Below, one piece after another: positions 16,805-27,780 of a stretch of 64,000 nt of DNA. Location: the NCBI GenBank assembly GCA_965237805.1, contig OZ250153.1:1568001-1632000 (forward strand), read 5' to 3'. The stretch is from Gammaproteobacteria bacterium. GTDB taxonomy: Bacteria > Pseudomonadota > Gammaproteobacteria > JABABF01. The translations under genes were made by a program, and so were the position numbers. The stretch's first letter is position 1. Every line of letters starts with the position of its first letter. Below the pieces are notes generated by a model, which ran no database searches, had not been told where the DNA came from, and saw nothing but the letters and a program-made list of their open reading frames with translations.

Positions 16805-19800
16805 ATGGCAGCGCAGCTGTTCTGCTTGGGTCCCGCTCGCGCCGATTTTCAGCTGGCGGCGTTGCGGGAGAAATTGGCCGAACGAGGCATTGTGGTACAC
16901 AGGGTAGAGGCACAGTATTTTTGCCTCGCCGAGTTCAGCACACCACCGCCCGATGGCTTGGCTACGCTGCTCGGTGCCACTGCATCGTCACTGCCCGACT
17001 GGCCAGCGGCTGAGCAGCGATTCGCTGTGCCTCGACGGGGGATGATCTCCGCTTGGGCTGACAAGGCAGAGGCGATTGTGCGTCGCGCTGGGATGGGGGA
17101 TTCCTGTGAGCGCCTTGAGCGTGTTGTCGCATGGCATATCGCACCGGCACCAAATTGGGATGCGTTACGAGAGATGATCTGCGATCGTATGATGGAAGAG
17201 TTGGTGGACGGCCCTGATCAGTTGACTGCCTTGCTAACGGCACAAGAGCCAGACAGATTGGAGCATGTTTATGTGATGGAGTCCGCTGGCTGGGAAAGTC
17301 TGCAGAGGGAGAGTCAGCGGCTTGGCTTGGAACTAACAAATCATGAGCTGCGCCATTTATATGACTTGTTCAAGAATCAGCTGGCGCGCAATCCTAGCGA
17401 TGTGGAGTTGATGAGCTACGCTCAGATCCACTCTGAGCACTGTCGGCATAAAGTCTTCAATATGTCGAGGTCTGTTGAAGATCAAAAGTCTACTGTAACT
17501 TATTCACTGATGGATCTGATTCGCCGAACCAGCCATGATGAGAAGGGTAGTGTCCTCCCCCATATTATTAGCGCTTACAGAGACAATGCAGCGGTGTTCT
17601 CCAGCTTGCCGTTGGCCGAGTTTACCCCTGAGCAAACACCGACTGGCTATTTCTATCGTCAGAGATCACGGCAGCTACATTTATTGGCCAAAGTAGAGAC
17701 CCACAACCATCCGACTGCCATTTCGCCCTTCCCGGGAGCAGGCACTGGCATCGGCGGCGAGTTACGCGATGAGGCAGCAGTCGGTCGGGGTGGGCGCAGC
17801 GTGGCAGGGTTGTGCGGCTTTAGCGTCTCCCATTTGCGCTTGCCGAATGCAGAGCAACCTTGGGAGGGGGAGCCTCTGCCAGCCCCAGCGCTGGCTTCGC
17901 CTCTGGACATCATGCTACAGGCGCCGTTAGGTGGTGCCGCATTCGCTAATGAATTTGGTCGCCCGACGCTGTGTGGGTATTTTCGCAGTTTCGAGCAGCT
18001 ACGGCGCCAGCGTTCCGATGAGGATCAGGAGTCCCGCCACGGCTACCACAAGCCAATCATGTTGGCAGGTGGCCTCGGTGTCATTCGCCCAGAGCATGTC
18101 AACGGCCAAGTGGAAGCGCTGAGCGATGGCGATTGTCTGGTCGTGCTTGGTGGCCCAGCGCTGCGCATCGGTCTGGGTGGCGGTAGCAGTTCCTCGCGTC
18201 CTACCGGGTCTGCCGACGCAGCTTTAGCATTCGCTTCGGTGCAACGGCAGAATCCGGAGATGCAGCGTCGTTGCCAGGAACTGATTGATCGCTGTCGGCA
18301 GTTGGGCAAGGACAACCCCATAGCATTGATCCACGATGTCGGTGCTGGCGGGCTGTGTAATGCTCTGCCCGAGTTGGTCTGGGAGTTAAGTGTTGGTGAG
18401 CCAGTACGGAATCTGGTGGCATATGGCTCAGCGGATCGCCAGCGGTTGGCGAAACAGTTGCTGGAGGAGGAGCAATGGGCAGCTCGCTTTGGTGCTGAAG
18501 TCGATTTGCGTGCCATCCCCAAGGCCGATTCCAGTCTGTCTCCACTGGAGTTGTGGTGCAATGAAGCCCAAGAGCGTTTTGTATTAGTTGTACGGCGCAA
18601 GTCTCTAGACACTTTTATAGCGTTGTGTGCACGGGAGGACTGTCCGTGTGCTAAGGTCGGTGAGTTGCGCGGTCGCCAGTTGGGCACAAGCCGTTTTGTG
18701 GTGCGTGATGGTGATTCACAAGTCCCACTAGATTTGCCGCTAGCCTACCTGTTCCTGCCAGCACCCCTCAGTTCGACCTTAGGAAACAATTGGAATTTTT
18801 CCCTTCATCGTTAGTTGACAAGCTGTTCGCTACAAAACTATTGCCGGAACCGGATCAAGATAGTGTTGCTACCCCCCCGCAGTCTCCGATGTTGCCCGAC
18901 CAACAATATGGAGCTTTTCCCCAAGCAGCCAGATCGTCTCAATATCAACGAAGCCGTACGTCGCATTCTGAAATTCCCCGACGGTAGCGGCCAAGCACTT
19001 TTTGATCACCATTGGTGATCGCACAGTGGGGGGGTTGTCCTGCCGCGATCAGTTGGTGGGGCCATGGCAAGTGCCAGTAGCTGATGTTGCTGTGGTGGCG
19101 CTGGACTACGACGGCTACCTCGGCGGCGCATTGGCGCTGGGCGAGCGCACGCCTTTAGCCGTGCGCAGCCCGGCCGCCGCCGCCCGCATGGCCGTCGGCG
19201 AGGCGCTGACCAATCTCGCCGCCGTGCCGCTGCGCGCCGCCACACCGCAGAAGGCACTGGCCGCCGCTGTACTGTCGGCCAATTGGATGTCCGCCAGCAC
19301 CAAAGGCAATCAGAGTGCTCCGGCACTGAATGATTTACAACATGCAGTTATAGCGCTGAGCAAGCTGTGCGTAGACTTGGGCATCGCGGTGCCGGTGGGC
19401 AAGGACTCGCTGTCAATGGAGGTGCGTTGGACGACTCCCAACGGTAGCCGCCACCGCGTCGCCGCGCCGCTGTCGCCAGTGGTGAGCGCCTTCGCACCAG
19501 TGGCTGATGTGCGCGCCGCGCTGACACCGCAACTCCGCGCCGAGTCGGGCGCATCGCTGCTGTTGATCGATCTGGCTGCGGGTCACACGCGTCTGGGGGG
19601 CTCTTGCTTGGCGCAGGTCTTCACTCGCGAGCTGGGAGCGGTACCGGATTTAGACAGCGTCCAGCGCTTCGCCGCCTTCTTCGCAGCCGTGCAGGACTGC
19701 CTCGCCGAGGGGCTTCTATTGGCCTATCACGACCGCTCCGACGGTGGTTTGTTCGCCTGTCTGTGCGAGATGGCCTTCGCCAGCCGCCTCGGCTTCGATG

Positions 19801-20966
19801 TCGAGCTGCCGCCGGGCGATGCCATCGCGCAGCTATTCAATGAGGAGCTGGGGGCGGTTTTGCAGTGTCGTGACGAGGCGGCGGTGCGCGAGCGCTGCCG
19901 TCGTCACGGGTTGCCTGCCAATTGCCTGCACCAGCTCGGCACCGCCACCGGCGCGGGTGCGCCGTTGCGCTTTCTCAGCGGTGGCGAGGAGCTGCTGTGC
20001 GGCGATCGCGCCGAGTGGCAGTCGCTGTGGCAAGGGACCAGTTACCACATGCAATCCCTGCGCGACCATCCAGACTGCGCACGCGAGGAGTTCGAGGCCG
20101 TTGGCGACGAAGCGGATGGTGGTCTATGTGCCCAGCTGAGTTTCGACCCCGCCGTCGCCCCGGCGATCAACACCGGTGCCCGCCCGCGGCTGGCCGTGCT
20201 GCGCGACCGCGGCAGCAACGGCCACTACGAGATGGCGGCGGCCTTCGACCGCGCTGGCTTTGACTGCCTCGATGTGCACAGCACCGACTTGGCGAGCGGT
20301 CGCCAGACGCTGGCCGATTGTCAAGGGCTGGCCGCCTGTGGTGGCTTTTCCTGCGGCGATGTGCTCGGTGCGGGTCGCGGCTGGGCCGCCGCGCTGGCCG
20401 GGGATGAGCGCAGCCGCGAGGCCTTGGCGGCTTTCCTCAGCCGCCCGGACAGCTTCGCTCTCGGTGTCTGCAACGGCTGCCAGCTGCTCTGTGATCCGCT
20501 GTGGCGCGAGTGGATCCCAGGCAGCGAGGACTGGCCGCGCTTTGCCGTCAACAGCTCGCGGCGCTTCGAGTCGCGCTGGGTGATGGTCGAGATTCCCCCC
20601 TCGCCCTCACTGTTGCTGGATGGCATGGCTGGCAGTCGGCTGCCGGTGCCAGTCGCTCACGCCGAGGGCCGCGCCGATTTCAGTGCTGCCGCCGACGGCG
20701 CGCTGGCTCGGCTCAAACTCGCCTCAGCGGTGGCCTTGCGCTATGTCGATCACTGCGGGCAAATCGCCGAGCGCTATCCGGCCAACCCGGCCGGTGCCCC
20801 CGCTGGCCTCGCTGGCCTGTGCTCCAGCGATGGCCGAGTGACGATTATGATGCCGCACCCAGAGCGCGCCTTCCGCACCGTACAGTATTCCTATGCGCCT
20901 GCGGATTGGGGCGAGAGCGCGCCTTGGCTGCGCTTGTTCCGCAACGCCCGCAGGCAGCTCGGCTAG
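16805..20966 (+). CDS. purL: Phosphoribosylformylglycinamidine synthase (large single-chain PurL), interrupted by a stop and frameshift(s) at about 18790-18980
   Basis: The N part (16805-18814) has [39 protein letters not shown] and WCNEAQER. The C part (19002-20966) has [28 protein letters not shown] and [17 protein letters not shown] joins [14 protein letters not shown] if one C is removed from the C-run at about 18976-18979. Confidence 0.93.
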
Positions 20967-20991
20967 AATTTGCCAGCGATCGGAAATAGCG

Positions 20992-22923
20992 ATGCCAGTC
21001 AAACAGTCACCACAGCGCCTCAATTACTACGCTTGGTGGCAGAATGTCCTCATCCTGCTGGTGGTGAGCTTGGGCATTCTCTATTCGATGCCGAATCTGT
21101 TCCGGCCTCAGGCGGCTATCCAAGTGCGCACTGAGAGCAGCCGTGGGCAGTTGGGGGCCACCGAGCTGGCCGGTGTCCAGCGGGCGCTGAGTGCGGCTGA
21201 CATCGCCTTCGGCATGGTTGAGTGGGATGACGGTGGCTTCCTGCTGCGGCTATCGCGTGACGAAGACCAGCTGCGCGCCCGCGATCTGGCCGAGCAGGCG
21301 CTAGGTGCTGGCCATGTGGTGGCCCTGAACCGCGCCGACACCACCCCCGACTGGCTGTCCGCCATCGGTGGCAAGCCGATGAACTTGGGCTTGGATCTGA
21401 GCGGTGGCGTCCACTTCCTGTTGCAGGTGGACACCCGCGGTTATCTCAGCGGGCTGATGAAGAACCGCGCCGACGAGCTGCGCCGCGCCCTGCGCGAGCG
21501 CCGCCTGCGCGCCGTCGTCGATCTCTCTCCGCCAGCGGACAGCGGCGGCCACATCCTGTTGCGTGCTGGCGACCCCGAGCTCCTGCGCACCCTGCGTGAA
21601 CTGCTGGTCGAGGACTTCGCCGATCTGCGCATCACCCGCGAAGAAGACGACAGCGGCTTCTCGCTGCTGCTGGACTTCGCCTCGGCGCAGCGTCAAGAGT
21701 TCATCACCTACGCCGTCGAGCAGAACCTCGGCATCCTGCGCAACCGCGTCAACGAACTCGGCGTAGCCGAGCCGCTGGTGCAGCGCCAAGGGCGCACGCG
21801 CGTCGTGGTCGAGCTGCCCGGTGTGCAGGATACCGCTCAGGCCAAGCGTGTGCTGGGAAAATTTGCCAACTTGGAGTTTCGCCTCGAGGCCTTGTCCACC
21901 ACGCCGCCGCTGGAGCGCGAGTTCTTTCGCTTTCGCGATGCCGCTACCGGTGCCGAGGGCGCTTGGCTACTGCGCCGTACCATCGTCAAGGGCGAGAGCG
22001 TGACCGGTGCATCGCCGGGCTACGATGAGAACAGCCAGCCAGCGGCGGTCATCTCGCTGGACAGCCCTGGCGGTGCGTCGATGAATCAGGCCTCGCGCGA
22101 CAATGTGGGGCGGCGTATGGGGGTGCTGTTTATCGAGCGGCGCACGCGCACCGCCGCCACCACGGAGCTGGCGGCAGCGCTGGTCGGCATCGGCGAGAAA
22201 TACCAGAGCCGGGAGTTGATCAGCTTGGCTGTGATCCGCAGTGCGCTGGGCTCACGCTTCCAGATTACTGGTCTCGACTCATCGGCAGAGGCATCCGAGT
22301 TGGCGCTGTTATTGCGCGCTGGTGCGCTGTCCGCGCCGCTGGAATTCATTGAGGAGCGCACGGTCGGCCCCTCGCTGGGAGCCGAGAATGTGTCGCTGGG
22401 TCTGCGTGCGGTACAAATGGGCCTGCTGATGGTGTTGCTGTTCATGGTTGCCTGGTACCGGCTCTTCGGCCTTGCCGCCGCCGTGGCACTGATCGCCAAT
22501 TTGTCGCTGTTGGTAGCGCTGATGTCGCTGTTGTCGGCGACGCTGACATTGCCCGGCATCGCTGGCATCGTGCTGACAGTGGGCATGGCCGTGGACGCCA
22601 ATGTGCTGATCTTCTCGCGCATCCGCGAGGAATTGCAGGACGGCCTGTCGCCGCAGCGCGCCATCCACGCTGGCTACTCGCGCGCCCTGACCACCATCCT
22701 AGATGCCAATCTGACCACATTGCTGGTGGCGTTGATCCTCTACATCGTCGGTACCGGGCCGGTGCGCGGCTTCGCCGTCACGCTCTCGCTGGGCATCATC
22801 AGCTCGCTGTTCTGCTCCATCCTGCTGACCCGCGCCCTCGTCAACTGGGTCTATGGGGGACGCCGCCTCAAGCAGCTGCGGCTGGGTTGGTCGGGGCAGG
22901 ACAGCAAGGTGCTGCCATCGTGA
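20992..22923 (+). CDS. secD: Protein translocase subunit SecD
   Basis: MNLGLDLSGGVHFLLQVD, LRNRVNELGVAEPLVQRQG, VELPGVQD, EERTVGPSLG, GMAVDANVLIFSRIREE. Confidence 0.97.
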   Translation: MPVKQSPQRLNYYAWWQNVLILLVVSLGILYSMPNLFRPQAAIQVRTESSRGQLGATELAGVQRALSAADIAFGMVEWDDGGFLLRLSRDEDQLRARDLAEQALGAGHVVALNRADTTPDWLSAIGGKPMNLGLDLSGGVHFLLQVDTRGYLSGLMKNRADELRRALRERRLRAVVDLSPPADSGGHILLRAGDPELLRTLRELLVEDFADLRITREEDDSGFSLLLDFASAQRQEFITYAVEQNLGILRNRVNELGVAEPLVQRQGRTRVVVELPGVQDTAQAKRVLGKFANLEFRLEALSTTPPLEREFFRFRDAATGAEGAWLLRRTIVKGESVTGASPGYDENSQPAAVISLDSPGGASMNQASRDNVGRRMGVLFIERRTRTAATTELAAALVGIGEKYQSRELISLAVIRSALGSRFQITGLDSSAEASELALLLRAGALSAPLEFIEERTVGPSLGAENVSLGLRAVQMGLLMVLLFMVAWYRLFGLAAAVALIANLSLLVALMSLLSATLTLPGIAGIVLTVGMAVDANVLIFSRIREELQDGLSPQRAIHAGYSRALTTILDANLTTLLVALILYIVGTGPVRGFAVTLSLGIISSLFCSILLTRALVNWVYGGRRLKQLRLGWSGQDSKVLPS

Positions 22924-23840
22924 GCAACCGCCGCCGCCTTGTCGCGCTGGACTTCATGGCGCTGGTACCGGCGGCGGCGCTGTGCTCGGTGGCGCTGTTG
23001 CTGGCCTCGCTGGCCTCGCTGAGCCTGCAGGGCTTGGCGCTGGGCTTGGACTTCACCGGCGGCACCTTGGTCGAATACGGCTATTCGTCGGCGGTGGATT
23101 TGGACCCGCTACGCGAGCGCTTGTCCGCGGGCGGCTACGCGGGTGCCCGCACGGTACACTTCGGCTCCGAGCGCGAGTTGCTGGTGCGCCTGCCCGGCAA
23201 CTCGGTGCACGATGACGGCAGCGAGCTGGTGGAGCTGTTGTCGGGAGCGGCTCCGGGCGGCACCCTGCGCCGCCTCGAGTTTGTCGGTCCGCAGGTTGGC
23301 TCCGAGTTGCGAGAGAGTGGTGGTTTGGCCTTATTGGCCGCTCTGGCGCTGGTGCTGATCTATGTTGCTTTACGCTTTCAGCTGAAGTTTGCCGTCGGCG
23401 CCGTCCTCGCCCTGTTCCACGATGTGCTGCTCACCCTTGGGCTGTTCTCGCTGTTGCGCTGGGACTTCGACCTCACTGTGCTGGCGGCGCTGTTGGCGGT
23501 GATCGGCTATTCCCTCAACGACAGCTTGGTGATCTCCGACCGCATCCGCGAGAATTTCCGCCGTCGGCGCCGCGCCAAGCCGCGCGAGGTCATCAACCTG
23601 TCGCTGACGCAGACGCTGGGGCGCACCTTGATCACCTCCCTGACCACGCTGTTGGTCTTGATGGCGCTGTTGCTGGCGGGCGGCGAGCTGATTCGCGGCT
23701 TCGCGCTGGCGCTCAGCATCGGTGTTGTGATCGGCACCTACTCGTCGATTTATGTGACCGCCTCGACGCTACTATGGTTGCGGCTCAGCTCCGTCGATTT
23801 GGCTCCGCCCGAAAGCGAGGGTGGCGATGGCGGCAGCTGA
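22920..23840 (+). CDS. secF: Protein translocase subunit SecF
   Basis: LGLDFTGG, EFVGPQVGSEL, ALFHDV, IGYSLND, DRIREN, GTYSSIYV. GTGA overlap with the secD stop. Confidence 0.97.
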   Translation: MSNRRRLVALDFMALVPAAALCSVALLLASLASLSLQGLALGLDFTGGTLVEYGYSSAVDLDPLRERLSAGGYAGARTVHFGSERELLVRLPGNSVHDDGSELVELLSGAAPGGTLRRLEFVGPQVGSELRESGGLALLAALALVLIYVALRFQLKFAVGAVLALFHDVLLTLGLFSLLRWDFDLTVLAALLAVIGYSLNDSLVISDRIRENFRRRRRAKPREVINLSLTQTLGRTLITSLTTLLVLMALLLAGGELIRGFALALSIGVVIGTYSSIYVTASTLLWLRLSSVDLAPPESEGGDGGS

Positions 23841-23861
23841 GCGCGGCGCTGCCGCCTCGGT

Positions 23862-26800
23862 CTAGTTCGCCAAGAATTGGCTGATCGCCGCTGCTACCGC
23901 CGCCGTATCGCGTCCGGCCAGTGATGCGCCGGAGCCGCCGAGCAGCTCCGGCGGCGCGCCGCTCAGCTGAGCCAACACCAACAGCAGATCGTCGCGGTCT
24001 TGGTTGCCGTCGCCGTTGACATCCAGTGCGCTGTCGGCGAGCAGGGAGCGGCTCAGCGCCAGCACGGTGGCGGGGTTGGCGCTGTCTGGCAGCGCGATGT
24101 TGTATACCATATCTACCGCCTCAAAGCCGCTCAGCATACGCAGTGCGATGACAAAGTCATCGGCGTCCCAAGCATCGTTCATATTGGGGGTCAGCGGTGC
24201 GGCCTGCACCTGTTGCAATAGCCGATGCGCGTTGAGCCGCCGCCCGCTGGCCACATACTGCTGTGCGATGGGTGCGCCGACGCCGATCTCGTAGAGTCGC
24301 AGGGCGGGCGTTTGGGCCTCGTTGTCGAAATTTCCCGGCAGGCTGAGGCTGAACACCAAGCGCAGGCCAGCGCTCAGCTGGCCGCTGGGGATGGCGCCAG
24401 TCAGCTGGCGTGATATCGCGGTGGTCGTGCTGATCGTCGTTGTGCTGAGCACGGTTTCATTGCCGCCGCTATCCAAGAGCGAAATGACCAGCCCATCGGC
24501 GATGGGAGCCGCTAATGGCCAGCCTGAGAACACGACGGTTACGCCAAACTGCGCCGCGCTGAGCCCGGACAGATCGAAGGGGGTGGAGACCAGTCGCAGG
24601 GTGCTGCTGCTGTGGTTGCCGCCAGCGGGGGCCAGCTGCCAGAAATAGTGCTTGCGTCCTCCCGCTGGCGGCAAGTCGCTGGCGCTGGCGATGTGCCAGC
24701 CAATCGCATCACTGCCCAGATCGCTCAGTGCGGCATCCCACGCCCCCGCATCGCTGCGCATATTGTCGTAGAAAGCATCGCCCACTTGCGGCAGGTAGTA
24801 GTCGCTACTGCCCGTGACCGTCGCCGCCAAGCTGGCGACACCATCGGCGCTCTGTAGCAAGCGGTGGCGCAGCTCGGCCGCCGCCATCGTCGGGCGCAGG
24901 CTCAGTGCTAGTGCGGCGGCACCAGCCACTTGCGGGGCGGCCATTGAGGTGCCGGTCCTGAGCTCGATAGCCACGGCGCTGGTAGCAGCGGTGGCCGCAC
25001 CAAATTTGATAAATTGGATAAAGATATCGTCGGCACTATCTGTGTGACCGAAGATTCCCAGCTGCGCCCCCGTGGTGAAAAATGTCGAGGGGACGGTCAA
25101 ATACAAATTTATAAAGTTGCCTTTCTCCCACCAATTGAACACATCGTCCATCAGAATGATAGAAGCGTCTCCAAAATCGGCGGCTATGGAGTTGGCACCG
25201 GAGCGGGTCAGGCCGGAGTTGCTGTCCCCATCAGTGTCTGCGCTGAGCACGATAGTGAGCTCGTCATCGCTGTTGAACTCGAGGCGTCGCATAAAGAAGT
25301 GCAGTGCCACATGCTCTTCACCGACAAATTGGCTGAGATCAAAAGTCGGGCTGTGCAGATAGAAAGTGCCGGTGCTGGTCTTGCTGAGATTTCTGCCGTC
25401 GAAGGTGGTGATTGCATCGAAACCCTGATGTTCCCAGCCATTCAGCGAGCTGATGCTGCCGATATCCGCCGCGGCACTCAGCGCTGGATTTTGCCGTTCC
25501 AAACTGAGGATCAAGCTGCCGGGCGCGGCGATTGGCACGGCGCTGCTGCCGAAACTGCTGCTGCCGGCGAGCTGGTCTCTGAAGTTGCTGTTAGCGACCG
25601 CCAGCACATTGCGCAGTGGCTCCACCAGCGGGTAATTGCTGCCGTCGCCGTAGCTGGCGAGATAAGCCGCATCGCCCAACAGGCTGACATTGCTAGCGCT
25701 GTTGCCGGCGGAGGTGACGAATAGCACACCGCGCTGCTCCAGCGCAGCGATGGCATCGTACAGCGCCTGGCTGTAGCTGCCGCCGCCCCAGCTATTGTTG
25801 ATCACGCGCAACGGGACCCCGCTGTCGACCATTGCCGCCGCATAGTTCAGGCAGGCTATCGCATCGCTGGTGAAGCCTCTGTTGACGGTGATGAAGCGCA
25901 GTATCATCAGGCTGAGCCGATGGTTGACGCCGACCACGCTCTTTTGATTGTCGCCGATGGCACCGGCGATGCCCGCCACATGGCTGCCGTGGCCGTCATC
26001 GTCCCACGGCGTGCCGCTGGCGGCGGCGCTGCGGCGAGCGTTGGTGCCAACGCAGTCCGCGCCGTGCACATCGTCCACATAGCCGTTGCCGTCGTTGTCC
26101 ACCCCGTCGTAGCTATTGTCCAACGGGTTGACCCACAGATTGGCGCGCAGCTCCTCGTGATCCAGCTGCGCGCCGCTGTCGAGTACGGCCATCACCACCG
26201 AGCTGCTACCGGTGCTGATAGCCCAAGCCTCCACGCTATCTATATCGGCAGCTGCGACGGTTAGACCAGCGATTGCGGCACCGATGGAGCTGCTGCCGTC
26301 AGAGTTTTGGGTGACTATGATTGGGATCGATTGACCGGTGTTGTTGTGTCCCCAGAGGTAGCGGAAGTGGGCATCGTCAGGACTTGCATGGTGCTGGACG
26401 ATATAGTCCGGCTCGGCGTACTCCACCAGCCCGGCACGCTCCAGCACACGCGCCATCTCCGCTGCGTTGTGCCCCGCTGGCAGTCGCAGCACCGTCAGTT
26501 CGGTCGCCCCGTGCAGCTGGTTCAAAATGCCGATGCCGAAGCGCTGGTACAGCTCCTCAGCCCGCGCCTGCGCCCCGCTCGCGCCACCGGCAAAGCGCGC
26601 CAGCAACACGCCGGGGCGGTGTGCGGCTTGGTCGTTGATGGCGTGCTGCCGCGTGGCGGTCATACGCATCGGGATGGCCTCCCCACGTGGTGTCGGTGTC
26701 ACCACTGCCGCCGCCCGCCCGCTCGCCGCCGCGGCTGGCCGCGGCTGGCCGGTGTCGTGGCTGGTGCTTTGAGCTTGGGGCTCGGGGGCGGGCAACGGCG

Positions 26801-26876
26801 CTCGCCATGCCACCACCGCAGCGATGACGAGGCCGACCAGCACGAACAGTGCCGCCAGTCGCCACTGCCCGCTCAT
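23862..26876 (-). CDS. Secreted or membrane-anchored S8 subtilisin-like serine protease with two inserted domains and C-terminal tandem dockerin/EF-hand-like modules
   Basis: N-terminal hydrophobic segment; prodomain (VEYAEPDY); triad VLDSG / GHGSHVAG / GTSMAAPQVAG; oxyanion SAGN; NNSWGG; C-terminal NMNDAWDADDFVIALRML and DVNGDGNQDRDDLLLVL. Confidence 0.92.
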   Translation of the reverse strand: MSGQWRLAALFVLVGLVIAAVVAWRAPLPAPEPQAQSTSHDTGQPRPAAAASGRAAAVVTPTPRGEAIPMRMTATRQHAINDQAAHRPGVLLARFAGGASGAQARAEELYQRFGIGILNQLHGATELTVLRLPAGHNAAEMARVLERAGLVEYAEPDYIVQHHASPDDAHFRYLWGHNNTGQSIPIIVTQNSDGSSSIGAAIAGLTVAAADIDSVEAWAISTGSSSVVMAVLDSGAQLDHEELRANLWVNPLDNSYDGVDNDGNGYVDDVHGADCVGTNARRSAAASGTPWDDDGHGSHVAGIAGAIGDNQKSVVGVNHRLSLMILRFITVNRGFTSDAIACLNYAAAMVDSGVPLRVINNSWGGGSYSQALYDAIAALEQRGVLFVTSAGNSASNVSLLGDAAYLASYGDGSNYPLVEPLRNVLAVANSNFRDQLAGSSSFGSSAVPIAAPGSLILSLERQNPALSAAADIGSISSLNGWEHQGFDAITTFDGRNLSKTSTGTFYLHSPTFDLSQFVGEEHVALHFFMRRLEFNSDDELTIVLSADTDGDSNSGLTRSGANSIAADFGDASIILMDDVFNWWEKGNFINLYLTVPSTFFTTGAQLGIFGHTDSADDIFIQFIKFGAATAATSAVAIELRTGTSMAAPQVAGAAALALSLRPTMAAAELRHRLLQSADGVASLAATVTGSSDYYLPQVGDAFYDNMRSDAGAWDAALSDLGSDAIGWHIASASDLPPAGGRKHYFWQLAPAGGNHSSSTLRLVSTPFDLSGLSAAQFGVTVVFSGWPLAAPIADGLVISLLDSGGNETVLSTTTISTTTAISRQLTGAIPSGQLSAGLRLVFSLSLPGNFDNEAQTPALRLYEIGVGAPIAQQYVASGRRLNAHRLLQQVQAAPLTPNMNDAWDADDFVIALRMLSGFEAVDMVYNIALPDSANPATVLALSRSLLADSALDVNGDGNQDRDDLLLVLAQLSGAPPELLGGSGASLAGRDTAAVAAAISQFLAN

Positions 26877-27709
26877 GTCGTCGTCGAGGCTCGCTGCGAG
26901 TCGGGTCGATCGGTGCCGTAGACGGATTGCAGTAGCGGCAGCAGCTGGCTGTAGCAGGCCGGTGCGCCGCAGACGATCGCATCGATCCCCAGCGGCTCAT
27001 CGCTTCCCCACTGCCCGCGGATCAGTCCGCCAGCCTCCTGCACCAGCAAGGCACCGGCGGCCATATCCCAAGTTTTGAGCCCTACATCCCACATCGCGTC
27101 CAGCCGTCCGGCCGCCACATAGGCCAAGTCCAGTGCCGCCGAGCCACTGCGCCTCAGGGTCGCGCCGCGCTCGCCAGCGCGCAGCATGCAGCGTGCAGTT
27201 TCCTCGCTGTGATCGGCGCTGCGCTCACTGTCCAGCGAGCAGCTGCTGATCAGCGACGCGGCCAAGCCCTGCTGTTCGCTGACCCGGATGCGGCGACCAT
27301 CGAGCATTGCGCCGCCGCCGCGGCTAGCGCTGAATTCTTCATCCCGCATCACATCGAGTACGACCGCATGCTCTGTCTGGCCGTGGTGTAAACAGGCGAT
27401 GGAGACGGCAAAATGGGGTAGCCCGTGCACAAAGTTGCCAGTGCCGTCCAGCGGGTCGATGACCCACTGCCAGGCAGTATCCTTGGGCAAAGAGCCGCGC
27501 TCCTCGCTGAGGATACTGTGTTGTGGGTAGCTCTCTTGCAGCTGCTCGATGATCTGATGCTCGGCCTCTATATCCACTGAGGTGACATAGTCGGCGGGGG
27601 ATTTCTCGTAGACCGCCACCCGATCCAAATTGCGGAAAGAGCGCATGATCATGCGGGCGGCGTTGCGGGCGATGCGGCGTGCTATGACGAGTGTCGGTGC
27701 TACAGCCAT
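26873..27709 (-). CDS. suhB: Inositol monophosphatase / Nus factor SuhB
   Basis: DYVTSVD, ILSEE, WVIDPLDGT.NF.HG.PHFAVSIA, RRSGSAALDLAYVAAGRLD, WDMAAG. The stop overlaps the subtilase ATG (ATGA). Confidence 0.95.
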   Translation of the reverse strand: MAVAPTLVIARRIARNAARMIMRSFRNLDRVAVYEKSPADYVTSVDIEAEHQIIEQLQESYPQHSILSEERGSLPKDTAWQWVIDPLDGTGNFVHGLPHFAVSIACLHHGQTEHAVVLDVMRDEEFSASRGGGAMLDGRRIRVSEQQGLAASLISSCSLDSERSADHSEETARCMLRAGERGATLRRSGSAALDLAYVAAGRLDAMWDVGLKTWDMAAGALLVQEAGGLIRGQWGSDEPLGIDAIVCGAPACYSQLLPLLQSVYGTDRPDSQRASTTT

Positions 27710-27780
27710 CGCATATTCATCTGTTGTGCGCCAGTGGACATCTGCTGATCCCACTGCCTTTGCGCACCTGACCACCTGGT

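Noticed and set aside
18385-18940. purL insertions considered as an intein or intron
   Set aside because: They are too short, lack the C/S...HN-C/S/T splice motifs and LAGLIDADG signature, and show no recognisable group I/II intron features.
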